Assembly: GCA_038895675.1 (NCBI GenBank)
Contig: JAWANB010000001.1
Span: 11,209 to 30,100, forward strand
Direction: 5' to 3'
Length of the DNA: 18,892 bases
Source: Candidatus Iainarchaeum sp.
GTDB taxonomy: Archaea; Iainarchaeota; Iainarchaeia; Iainarchaeales; Iainarchaeaceae
The translations under genes and the position numbers were made by a program. The notes below the pieces were generated by a model. That model was not told where the DNA came from. It was given only the letters and a program-made list of their open reading frames with translations, and did not search any database. Shown here in pieces: positions 7,856-15,792 of the stretch; position 1 is the first letter of the stretch, and each line of letters begins with the position of its first letter.

Positions 7856-9620
7856 TTTCTCTTTCTTCTTTCGCCTTTTCTTTCAAATAATCCATGAAAG
7901 CTTGCTGATAATTGCTTATTTCATAGACCTTTCCTTTCTCAATAAATTCTGCCATTTTTTTTATGAAAAGATTTGTGCCTGCTACTTGCGGCATTATTAC
8001 AAAATCAGCACCAGCTTCGTAAAGTGTTAACGCATCATTAAAGTAATGGCACCGAGCAAAAATAACACACGACTCATTTTTTTCTTTCAACTTTTTTATT
8101 AGCAAAGGAACATAATTATTGAAAGGAATAGCTATCGCTACTATTTTTGATTTCTCCAAATTTGCTTTATCCCAAACTTCTTGAGTTTCTAAAGAACCAT
8201 AAATACAACTCGTTTTTTGTTTTATGAGCTTTAGTATAATTTCAGGATTATTGTCAATAGCTATCAAATCATGCTTGTCCTTAAAGGCACTAATTATCCC
8301 AGATCCAATAGTTCCAGCCCCAAATATTACTATGTGATCCGAATAACTTTTTTTTACATTACTTAACGTATTCAACTTTCTGTAAAAGTACTTGATTTTT
8401 CTTACATTATTCACCAAAAATTTTAGATTACTACTAAAAAAATTATAGAGTTTATCAGAGTATTTCATAAAGTAGGGAGTTAAACCAATAGAAAAAGCGA
8501 TTACCAATATTATAAAAGAATAAAAGCCAGGAGTTTGTTCTAAAATACTTTTCCCTTGAGAAGCTATGATAAAAGAAAATTCAGAAACTTGAGTTAAACT
8601 AAGAGCAACCAAAAAGCTTGTTTTACCACCATATCCAAAGGAAATGCTTGTCAAAAAGTAGGCAAGAGGTTTTATTATTAAAAGTATGAAAAGTACGAAA
8701 ATTGCAAGTTCAAAAGAAAAAGTCAGAAAAGAAGGATTTATTTGTATCCCTAAAGTGACAAAAAAAATTGTTCCTAAAAAATCTCTAAGGCTCCTTATTT
8801 TACCAAGCATTTCTACAGTGTAAGGCAAATTTGAAATTGAAAGACCTGCAATAAAAGCCCCTATAGAAATAGGTAATTCTAAAACATAACAAACAAACAT
8901 GAATAAAAAAACACAGCTAGTGGTAGTTAAAAGAAATAGTTCATCAGACTTAGTAGCAAAATAAAACACTTTTTGGTAAAGAATTCTATTCAAAAGATAA
9001 GCTAAAATAATTAGTATTATTATTTTTGTAAAAAGCTCTATTATAATTTGGCTTGAATAAATGTTTTGAAAATTTGATAAAAACGAAATTGCCAGAATAG
9101 CTAAAAAATCTTGGGTTAACAAGAAGCTCAGCATTAATCTACTTTCAAGAGTATTTATTTTTTTGGCGTCTGAAAGCAATTTGACTACTATTGCTGTTGA
9201 AGAAAAAGACATTATAACTCCAAAATAAATAGCCTGTTCTAACGATAGTACTCCCAAAATACTATTGAACAAAAGTACTAATGATAATGTTATTACAACT
9301 TGCGCTATTGTGCCAATGAACGCAATTTTTCCAAATTCTTTGAGCTTGGAAATATTAGAGTCAATACCGACGTAAAATAATAAAAAAGCTATTCCAAGCT
9401 CTGATAAAACTAATATCTCTTCAACTTTTGTTATCCCTAATCTTATTCCATTAAAAGATAATCCCAAAGAACCTAAAAATAGTGGACCAATAGCAATGCC
9501 AGCAAATATAAAACTCAATATTGGCGGTTGCTTAAAGTACCTTGCAATAAAATTGAAGGCAGTCGCAGACAACAAAATCAAGCCTAAGTCAATCAGCAAA
9601 CCAAAATTTTCTATTGGCAT
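7845..9620 (-). CDS. CPA2-family cation:proton antiporter (Kef-type) with C-terminal TrkA-N/KTN domain
   Basis: Many hydrophobic helices with ELGIAFLLFYVG, SSTAIVVKLL, TQD, GAFIAG, FFVTLG and QVSEFSF; C-terminal HIVIFGAGTIG...AGADFVI. Confidence 0.9.
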   Translation of the reverse strand: MPIENFGLLIDLGLILLSATAFNFIARYFKQPPILSFIFAGIAIGPLFLGSLGLSFNGIRLGITKVEEILVLSELGIAFLLFYVGIDSNISKLKEFGKIAFIGTIAQVVITLSLVLLFNSILGVLSLEQAIYFGVIMSFSSTAIVVKLLSDAKKINTLESRLMLSFLLTQDFLAILAISFLSNFQNIYSSQIIIELFTKIIILIILAYLLNRILYQKVFYFATKSDELFLLTTTSCVFLFMFVCYVLELPISIGAFIAGLSISNLPYTVEMLGKIRSLRDFLGTIFFVTLGIQINPSFLTFSFELAIFVLFILLIIKPLAYFLTSISFGYGGKTSFLVALSLTQVSEFSFIIASQGKSILEQTPGFYSFIILVIAFSIGLTPYFMKYSDKLYNFFSSNLKFLVNNVRKIKYFYRKLNTLSNVKKSYSDHIVIFGAGTIGSGIISAFKDKHDLIAIDNNPEIILKLIKQKTSCIYGSLETQEVWDKANLEKSKIVAIAIPFNNYVPLLIKKLKEKNESCVIFARCHYFNDALTLYEAGADFVIMPQVAGTNLFIKKMAEFIEKGKVYEISNYQQAFMDYLKEKAKEERETNY

Positions 9621-9689
9621 AAAAATCTTGAATAAAAAACCTTTATCTAAAATAAATAAGTTTTGTTATTAGTGTCTTTTTTGTTTGTA

Positions 9690-10106
9690 TTAGCTTTTTT
9701 TTATTTTTTCTTTTATTGCCGTGCTTTTGTGATTTTCTTGATTGTAAGGCTTTAATCTTACTATCTTAGCTTTTATTTGTCTTTTTTCTAACTCTTGATA
9801 AAGTTCGTTTTCATTAGGTTTTTGATCATACCCTAAAGCTATTATGTCTGGTTTTGTTTTTTCAACGCTTTTTAGTAAGTCTTCTTCAAAACCTATTATT
9901 GCCTTGTCAACAACTCTTAAGGACTCTATTATTTTTTTTCTTTCTTCTTGCGAAAAAGTCGGTTTTTTTCCTTTTATTTTTTCTACATTTTTGTCAGTAG
10001 CTATTATTACCCAAAGCTCGTTTCCTAAAGACTTTGCTTGCTCTAAATAATTTATATGTCCTGGATGTATTACATCAAAAGTTCCGAAAGCAAGTACTCT
10101 TACCAT
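9690..10106 (-). CDS. ribL: Archaeal FAD synthase RibL-like nucleotidyltransferase (cytidylyltransferase family)
   Basis: GTFDVIHPGH (HxGH), PDIIALGYDQ and C-terminal STAIKEKI. Start moved to ATG 10106 (MVRVLAF); the TTG at 10124 lies in the promoter region. Confidence 0.72.
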   Translation of the reverse strand: MVRVLAFGTFDVIHPGHINYLEQAKSLGNELWVIIATDKNVEKIKGKKPTFSQEERKKIIESLRVVDKAIIGFEEDLLKSVEKTKPDIIALGYDQKPNENELYQELEKRQIKAKIVRLKPYNQENHKSTAIKEKIKKS

Positions 10107-10159
10107 GACCAAACAATCTTTCAAAAAAAATATAATTTAAACGTTTGAATGTTTTAAAC
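10107..10159. promoter_or_regulatory. 53-nt divergent promoter region between ribL and pgl
   Basis: Central AAAAAAAATATAATTTAAA; minus-strand TTATATTT ends 21 nt before the ribL ATG and plus-strand AATATAAT ends 23 nt before the pgl ATG. Confidence 0.45.
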
Positions 10160-10831
10160 ATGAAACAAACTTTTATTTGCAATAATTATTCAGAAATGTC
10201 AGAAAAAGCAACCTCTATGGTGACAAAAATAATAAAAAACAAGGACGGAAAATTCTTTGCAGCTTTTTCAGGAGGCAACGGTGTAAAAGGTTTTTTGGAA
10301 CTACTCAGTCAAAAAAAAGTTTATTGGAAATTAGTTCATTTATTTTTAGCCGATGAAAGGATTGTGCCTATAAATAGTGAAGAAAGCAATTACAAGCTCA
10401 TAAATGAAAAATTTGCTTCAAAAGTTAAAGGATTGAGATTTTTTCCTTTTGATGTTGAAGAAGGTTTGAAAAGATATGACAAAACTTTTTTTAGTGTTTG
10501 TAATGGAAAATTAGACTTAATAGTGCTTTCAGTTGGTTCTGATGGTCACATTGCTTCTATTTTTCCACACTCGAAAGAACTCAAGTCTGAAAAAGAGGGT
10601 TATTTGTTTGTTGATAATTCTCCAAAGCCTCCTAAAAATAGAATAACATTATCGCCTAACACAATACAAAAAGCAAATAGCATAGTTTTAATTTTTGGTT
10701 CTGAAGAAAAGAGAAAAGCTTTTGAAAATTTTGAGTCAGAGAAAGTGAGTATTGAAGAATGTCCAGCAAAACTATGTAAAAATGCTAATAATCTTTTAGT
10801 ATTAACTTCTTTTGGAGAGCAAAAAGCATGA
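10160..10831 (+). CDS. pgl: 6-phosphogluconolactonase (DevB/Pgl type)
   Basis: Motifs FSGG, FLADERIVP...SNY, GSDGHIASIFP and SPKPPKNRITLS; ATGA overlap with zwf. ATG 10160 is preferred over TTG 10145. Confidence 0.9.
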   Translation: MKQTFICNNYSEMSEKATSMVTKIIKNKDGKFFAAFSGGNGVKGFLELLSQKKVYWKLVHLFLADERIVPINSEESNYKLINEKFASKVKGLRFFPFDVEEGLKRYDKTFFSVCNGKLDLIVLSVGSDGHIASIFPHSKELKSEKEGYLFVDNSPKPPKNRITLSPNTIQKANSIVLIFGSEEKRKAFENFESEKVSIEECPAKLCKNANNLLVLTSFGEQKA

Positions 10832-12258
10832 TTGACAACTTTTTGATAGTAATAATGGGTTCTACTGGTGATTTAGCTATAAAAAAATTATTCCCTGCAA
10901 TTTTTGGGTTAATGAAACTCAATAAAATAGGTGACAATTTTGCTGTAGTTGCAGTAGCTAGAAAAAACTTATCCAATGAAGAATTTTTTGAATTGGCTAA
11001 AAACAGTATAAAAACAAATAACAAAAACCTATTAGATTCTCTTAAAAGTAGAATCTACTACTTTTCAATGAATTTCAACGATGTGGCAAAGTACAAGGAA
11101 TTAGGAGAGTTAATATTAGAAAAAGAAAAAAAGCATAATACTCTCGGCAACAAACTTTTTTATCTTGCTACTTTACCAGAACACTTTTCACCTATAGTAA
11201 AAAATCTTAAAGCTAATGCTTTGACTGAAGAAAAAAACAATTGGTGCAGAGTTGTTTTTGAAAAACCTTTTGGCGATGATGAAAAAAGTGCAAGGGCTTT
11301 GAACAAAGAAATTTCAGAAGCTTTTCACGAAAAGCAAATTTTTAGAATTGACCATTATTTAGGTAAAGAGTTGGTGCAAAGTTTAGCTGTTTTGCGTGGA
11401 ACTAACATGGTGTTCAATACCATTTGGGATTCAAAACATATTGATCACATACAAATAAATTTGTTAGAAGATTTTGGAATAGCTAAAAGAGGCAATTATT
11501 ATGATAAGTATGGTGCTTTGAAAGACGTTTTTCAAAATCACATACTTCAATTGTTAGCTCTTATTTCTATGGAAATGCCTTCTAATTTAAGTTCTGAAAA
11601 CATTCGTAATGAAAAAGTCAAAGTTTTGAATAACTTAATTGTAAAAAATAAATCAGATTTTGTGTTGGGTCAATATAATGGTTATTGTTCAGAAGAAGGA
11701 GTTAGTAATAATTCTAAAACAGAAACTTTTTTTGCAGGGAAAGTTTTTTTGAATAATGACAGGTGGAAGGGTACGCCATTTTATGTTAGGTCTGGTAAAA
11801 ATTTGGGATTAAGATTTTCTTCTATTTATATAGAATTCAAAAATCCGATAAATGGCATTATTGCTAACACGATACTACCAAATTATCTTTTGATACAAAT
11901 ACAGCCAGAGTCAGGGATTCTGCTTAGGCTTAACAGCAAATCGCCACACTCAAAAAATTCTATTACTCCTGTAAAAATGACTTTTTGTCATGAATGTGCT
12001 TATGGCCCAAATACTTTAGAGGCATACGAAAACTTGCTGAAAGACGCTTTGGAAGGTGACCAAAGTGCATTCATAAGGTATGACGAGATAGAGACTTCCT
12101 GGAAAATAGTAGACAAAATTAAGGCAATGAATTTGCCTATTTACAATTATGAGAAAGGAACTTTTGGACCAAAAGAATCAGAAGCCTTAATAAAAAATGA
12201 TAATAGGGAGTGGTTTAACAAGATTGAAAGCGTGCTTCAAAACATAAACTTTTATTAG
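10828..12258 (+). CDS. zwf: Glucose-6-phosphate 1-dehydrogenase (bacterial/eukaryotic family)
   Basis: Motifs GSTGDLA-KKLFPA, EKPFG, RIDHYLGKE, DVFQNHILQ, RWKGTPFYVRSGK and AYENLL. Confidence 0.97.
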   Translation: MIDNFLIVIMGSTGDLAIKKLFPAIFGLMKLNKIGDNFAVVAVARKNLSNEEFFELAKNSIKTNNKNLLDSLKSRIYYFSMNFNDVAKYKELGELILEKEKKHNTLGNKLFYLATLPEHFSPIVKNLKANALTEEKNNWCRVVFEKPFGDDEKSARALNKEISEAFHEKQIFRIDHYLGKELVQSLAVLRGTNMVFNTIWDSKHIDHIQINLLEDFGIAKRGNYYDKYGALKDVFQNHILQLLALISMEMPSNLSSENIRNEKVKVLNNLIVKNKSDFVLGQYNGYCSEEGVSNNSKTETFFAGKVFLNNDRWKGTPFYVRSGKNLGLRFSSIYIEFKNPINGIIANTILPNYLLIQIQPESGILLRLNSKSPHSKNSITPVKMTFCHECAYGPNTLEAYENLLKDALEGDQSAFIRYDEIETSWKIVDKIKAMNLPIYNYEKGTFGPKESEALIKNDNREWFNKIESVLQNINFY

Positions 12259-12287
12259 CATTCAAATAATATGATAAAAGTGATTTT

Positions 12288-13181
12288 ATGAAATTGGGTT
12301 TCATAGGCCTTGGAAAAATGGGCTCTAAAATGGTTTTAAGTCTTCTACAAAAAAATTTTGAAGTGATTGTTTATGCAAGAAAAACTGAAGCAATGAAAGA
12401 AGTGGCTGAAAAAGGCGCTATACCTTCTGATTCTTACGAAGACTTTTGCAATAAATTGCCTGAACCTAAAATAATTTTTTTAATGGTAACTCATGGTAAA
12501 CCTGTTGACGAAGTAATTTCAAGTTTGTTGCCTTTCTTAAAAAAAGGCGATATCATAGTTGATTGCGGCAATTCTTTTTACGAGGACTCAATTAGAAGAG
12601 CAAATAGTTTGCAAAAAAAAGGCATAATTTTTATGGACGTAGGAACTTCTGGAGGTCTTAAAGGCGCACTTAATGGCGCTTCTTTAATGATTGGTGGAGA
12701 TGAAAAAACGTTCTATTATTTAGAACCAATATTTAAGGCTTTGGCAGTTAAGGACGGCTATGCATATTTAGGCAATAGTGGCTCTGGTCATTTTGCAAAA
12801 ATGGTTCACAATGGTATAGAATACTGCTTTTTACAAGCTTTAGGCGAAGGTTATCAACTACTAAAAAAAAGCGATTTTAATTATGACTTAAGAAAAGTTA
12901 CTTTAGTTTACAAGAATGGCTCTGTGATAAGGTCATGGCTAATTGATTTGTTGTATGAAGCGATTTGTGAAGACCAAGAATTATCATCTTTTGAAGGAAA
13001 AATAGGCGGCGGTGAAACAGGAATATGGACTTTAAAAACAGCACGAAAATACAAAGTTAAAATGCCTTCACTCAAAGTTGCACTCTCTGAAAGAAAAAAG
13101 TCAATGAAAAGCCAATCATATGCTTCAAAAGTTGTTTCTGCCTTAAGACAAAAATTCGGGGGTCACGAAGAACCAAAATAA
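12288..13181 (+). CDS. gnd: Decarboxylating 6-phosphogluconate dehydrogenase, short (about 300 aa) form
   Basis: Motifs GFIGLGKMG, VDCGNS, DVGTSGG, GHFAKMVHNGIEY, GSVIRSWL and ALRQKFGGH. Confidence 0.95.
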   Translation: MKLGFIGLGKMGSKMVLSLLQKNFEVIVYARKTEAMKEVAEKGAIPSDSYEDFCNKLPEPKIIFLMVTHGKPVDEVISSLLPFLKKGDIIVDCGNSFYEDSIRRANSLQKKGIIFMDVGTSGGLKGALNGASLMIGGDEKTFYYLEPIFKALAVKDGYAYLGNSGSGHFAKMVHNGIEYCFLQALGEGYQLLKKSDFNYDLRKVTLVYKNGSVIRSWLIDLLYEAICEDQELSSFEGKIGGGETGIWTLKTARKYKVKMPSLKVALSERKKSMKSQSYASKVVSALRQKFGGHEEPK

Positions 13182-13194
13182 AAAACCAAATCAA

Positions 13195-13202
13195 TTTTAA
13201 AA
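13195..13202 (+). promoter_or_regulatory. Probable TATA box for the tRNA-Trp/ogt transcript
   Basis: TTTTAAAA ends 24 nt before the mature tRNA 5' end. Confidence 0.4.
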
Positions 13203-13226
13203 ACCTCTAAAAATTAGTTTTAGCAA

Positions 13227-13299
13227 GGGGACATAGCATAACCAGGTAGTGCAACCGGCTCCAGACCGGTTGATCAGGGTTCAAATCCCTGTGTCCCCA
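13227..13299 (+). tRNA. tRNA-Trp (CCA anticodon), intronless, archaeal type, 3' CCA not encoded
   Basis: Acceptor stem GGGGACA/TGTCCCC plus discriminator A; D stem GCAT/GTGC; anticodon stem ACCGG/CCGGT with loop CT-CCA-GA; T arm CAGGG-TTCAAAT-CCCTG; 73 nt in total. Confidence 0.97.
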
Positions 13300-13300
13300 T

Positions 13301-13603
13301 ATGAAAGATTTTAGAGAAAAAGTGTTTCAAATCATAATTAAAATACCAAAAGGAAAAATAACTACTTACCAAGAAATAGCAAAAGCATTAGGCAATAAAA
13401 ATCTTGCAAGAGCAGTAGGAAAAGTATGCGGCTCTAATGGCAAGTTAATTGAAATTCCATGTCATAGAGTAATAAGATCTAATGGCTTATTAGGCGGTTA
13501 TAAACTCGGTACAAATAAAAAAGCAGAACTTTTAAGAAAAGAAGGGTTTTTAGTTAAGCAAAATAAAGTACTGAATTATGAAAATAACTTAGTCAGATTT
13601 TAG
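13301..13603 (+). CDS. ogt: O6-alkylguanine-DNA alkyltransferase (MGMT), C-terminal domain only
   Basis: IPKGKITTYQEIA...ARAVG and the active-site motif IPCHRVI. Confidence 0.92.
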   Translation: MKDFREKVFQIIIKIPKGKITTYQEIAKALGNKNLARAVGKVCGSNGKLIEIPCHRVIRSNGLLGGYKLGTNKKAELLRKEGFLVKQNKVLNYENNLVRF

Positions 13604-14226
13604 TTTTTTAGAAAACCTTCGCCAGAAAGTTTGCTTTCAACACACAAATAACTTATTTTTGTTTTGTGTGGCTTATAATCTATAAAATAAATGCATTCGT
13701 TAGGAAATTCTATTCTCATTTTTTCTTGTCCAGATAAGCCTAACAAAGAACCAATCAATAGCCTTCCTAAACCAGCATGAGTAATAATTAATATGTTTCT
13801 TGCAGAATATTTTTCCTTAAGCTCCTGAATAAACTTAGCAACCCTATTTTTATCAACTTCTTCGTAAGATTCCCCATTTTTATGCAAAAATTCGTATTTA
13901 TTATCCACTCTTTTAGACCATTCACCAGGAAAATTATGTTCTATTTCTTCTCTATTCATTCCTGTAAAAATACCTAAATCTATTTCAGAAAGCTCTTCTC
14001 TCACTTCTATTTTCTTATTATGAAATTTATTTATTTCCTCAGCAGTCTGCAAACACCTTTTTCTCGGTGAACAAAAAATAGTATAAAATTTTTCATTTTT
14101 CAAATTTTCCGCAATTAGTTTTGCTTGCAAAAAACCATGCTCATTTAATTCAGTCTCCATTTTTCCTTGCAATCTTTTTTGGACGTTAAAATCAGTTTCA
14201 CCATGCCTACACAAAACTATTCTCAT
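13600..14226 (-). CDS. Histidine phosphatase superfamily protein (dPGM/CobC/GpmB-like), substrate unknown
   Basis: Motifs RHGET, SPRKRCLQT, LSEIDLG, GES and ITHAG. Start is likely ATG 14226, with the upstream GTGAT acting as SD. Confidence 0.9.
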   Translation of the reverse strand: MRIVLCRHGETDFNVQKRLQGKMETELNEHGFLQAKLIAENLKNEKFYTIFCSPRKRCLQTAEEINKFHNKKIEVREELSEIDLGIFTGMNREEIEHNFPGEWSKRVDNKYEFLHKNGESYEEVDKNRVAKFIQELKEKYSARNILIITHAGLGRLLIGSLLGLSGQEKMRIEFPNECIYFIDYKPHKTKISYLCVESKLSGEGFLKN

Positions 14227-14242
14227 TAAAATCACTAAAAAA

Positions 14243-15064
14243 TTAAACTATTTTTTTGAATTCTTCAGGTGTGTCTTCATTAAATTTCTTCATTCCTTCA
14301 AAAGTCAGTTTATGCCTCAAAGATTCCACAAATACACTAAAAGGCATGGTTGCAATATCAGCACCAACTAAAGCACACTCTCTTAATTGCCTTGGATTTC
14401 TTATTGAAGCAGCCAAAACTTGGCATTTTAAATTATACTTTTTCAAAATTTTGACGCATTGATCTACCAAAGCCACTCCTGAATAAATTCCATTATCATT
14501 AAATATTTCGTTATCAACTTTTATGCCTTCAGCAGGAAAGTAATCATTTTTATCAAAGCTTTTTCCCAACTCTTTTCTCAAAAAATCATCTATTCTACCA
14601 GCAAAGGGGCTTACAAAATTAGCTCCAGCTTTAGCTGCTGCCAAAGCTTGTTCTGGTGTAAAAATCAAAGTACAATTTATAGGGATTCCACTTTTTCTCA
14701 ATTCTCTTATAGCTATTATTCCATCAAAATCTTTTTTGTCTTTTAGATCAAGAGACGTATTTATTGGAACTTTTATAACAACATTTTTTGCTACGCCATT
14801 GAACTTTTTGAAGATTTTTTTTCCTTGATCAATCATAGTTTGTGCACTTTCTGTTGCTGTGACTTCTATACTAACAGGAGTTTTTTTCGCTATTTTAAGT
14901 ATTTTTTTTATGTAAGACTCTAAACTAATTTGTTCTCCTTTAGACTTTAATTCTTCAACCGCTTTTTTTAACAAAGAAGGATTCATTGTTATGCCATTAC
15001 ACAAGCCTGTTTTATAAGCCAACTCTATCTCACTTAATATTGCAGAATCTAAAAAGTACTTCAT
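14243..15064 (-). CDS. tal: Transaldolase (small TAL/FSA family) with insertions
   Basis: FLDSA, GITMNPSL, Schiff-base VIKVP, NCTLIF and LAASIR. SIEV (Glu) and SPFAGR (Phe) are the transaldolase signature, rather than the Gln/Tyr of fructose-6-phosphate aldolase. Confidence 0.9.
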   Translation of the reverse strand: MKYFLDSAILSEIELAYKTGLCNGITMNPSLLKKAVEELKSKGEQISLESYIKKILKIAKKTPVSIEVTATESAQTMIDQGKKIFKKFNGVAKNVVIKVPINTSLDLKDKKDFDGIIAIRELRKSGIPINCTLIFTPEQALAAAKAGANFVSPFAGRIDDFLRKELGKSFDKNDYFPAEGIKVDNEIFNDNGIYSGVALVDQCVKILKKYNLKCQVLAASIRNPRQLRECALVGADIATMPFSVFVESLRHKLTFEGMKKFNEDTPEEFKKIV

Positions 15065-15085
15065 GAAATAATTTTTCTACAAAAC

Positions 15086-15098
15086 ATTTATAATTTTC
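15086..15098 (-). promoter_or_regulatory. BRE + TATA box for tal (leaderless)
   Basis: The minus strand reads GAAAA-TTATAAAT, then 21 nt to ATG 15064. Confidence 0.55.
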
Positions 15099-15099
15099 A

Positions 15100-15735
15100 T
15101 TAAAATAGGTTTTCATTATTTTTGAAAAATTCACAATATTGCCTAATCTCACATTCTGAACATTTTGGTTTTCTTGCAGTACAAATTTTTCTTCCATGCC
15201 AAATTAGTGCATTAGACAAAAACCACCAATCTTTTTTTGGAAATTGTTGCATCAAATCTTTTTCTATTTTTTCAGGTTCCTTGTTTTTCGAAAGACCAAT
15301 TCTTTGCGCTAACCTTGAAACATGAGTATCAACTGCAATACCCTCAATTATTCCGTAACCTTCGCTTAAAATTATGTTTGCGGTTTTTCTTCCTATGCCA
15401 GGCAACTTTATAAGTTCTTCCATGCTTTGCGGTACTTTTCCATCGTATTCATCCAAAATTTTTTTTGACATTTTAATAATGTTTTTCGCTTTGTTTTTGT
15501 AAAATCCAGTACTATAAATCATTTTTTCAAGCTCTTTTGGTTTTACATTTGCAAAATCTTTAGGTTCACTAAGCTTTTGAAATAACTTTGAAGTTACCAT
15601 GTTGACTCTTTCATCAGTACATTGAGCCGAAAGTATTACCGCAACACTCAATTGAAAAACAGAACTAAATTTTAGTGCGGTTCCTGTGTTTTTATAATTT
15701 TTTTTTAATATTTCCAAAACTTTTTGTGCTTTCAT
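15100..15735 (-). CDS. nth: Endonuclease III (DNA glycosylase/AP lyase)
   Basis: LSAQCTD, HhH motif LPGIGRKTAN, AVDTHV, and [4Fe-4S] motif CTARKPKCSECEIRQYC. Confidence 0.96.
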   Translation of the reverse strand: MKAQKVLEILKKNYKNTGTALKFSSVFQLSVAVILSAQCTDERVNMVTSKLFQKLSEPKDFANVKPKELEKMIYSTGFYKNKAKNIIKMSKKILDEYDGKVPQSMEELIKLPGIGRKTANIILSEGYGIIEGIAVDTHVSRLAQRIGLSKNKEPEKIEKDLMQQFPKKDWWFLSNALIWHGRKICTARKPKCSECEIRQYCEFFKNNENLF

Positions 15736-15752
15736 TGTTCAACTTTTATTTT

Positions 15753-15774
15753 GCAAACCAATTTTAAGGTTTGC
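15753..15774. promoter_or_regulatory. Perfect inverted repeat GCAAACC-N8-GGTTTGC centred in the nth/tgt divergent region
   Basis: 7-bp arms flank AATTTTAA; the spacer is 24 and 25 nt from the two ATGs. Confidence 0.55.
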
Positions 15775-15792
15775 TTCTCTATAAAATGAAAA

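Noticed and set aside
13227..13620. tRNA as an integration site for a mobile element
   Set aside because: No integrase, no duplicated tRNA 3' end seen in the window and no obvious compositional shift.
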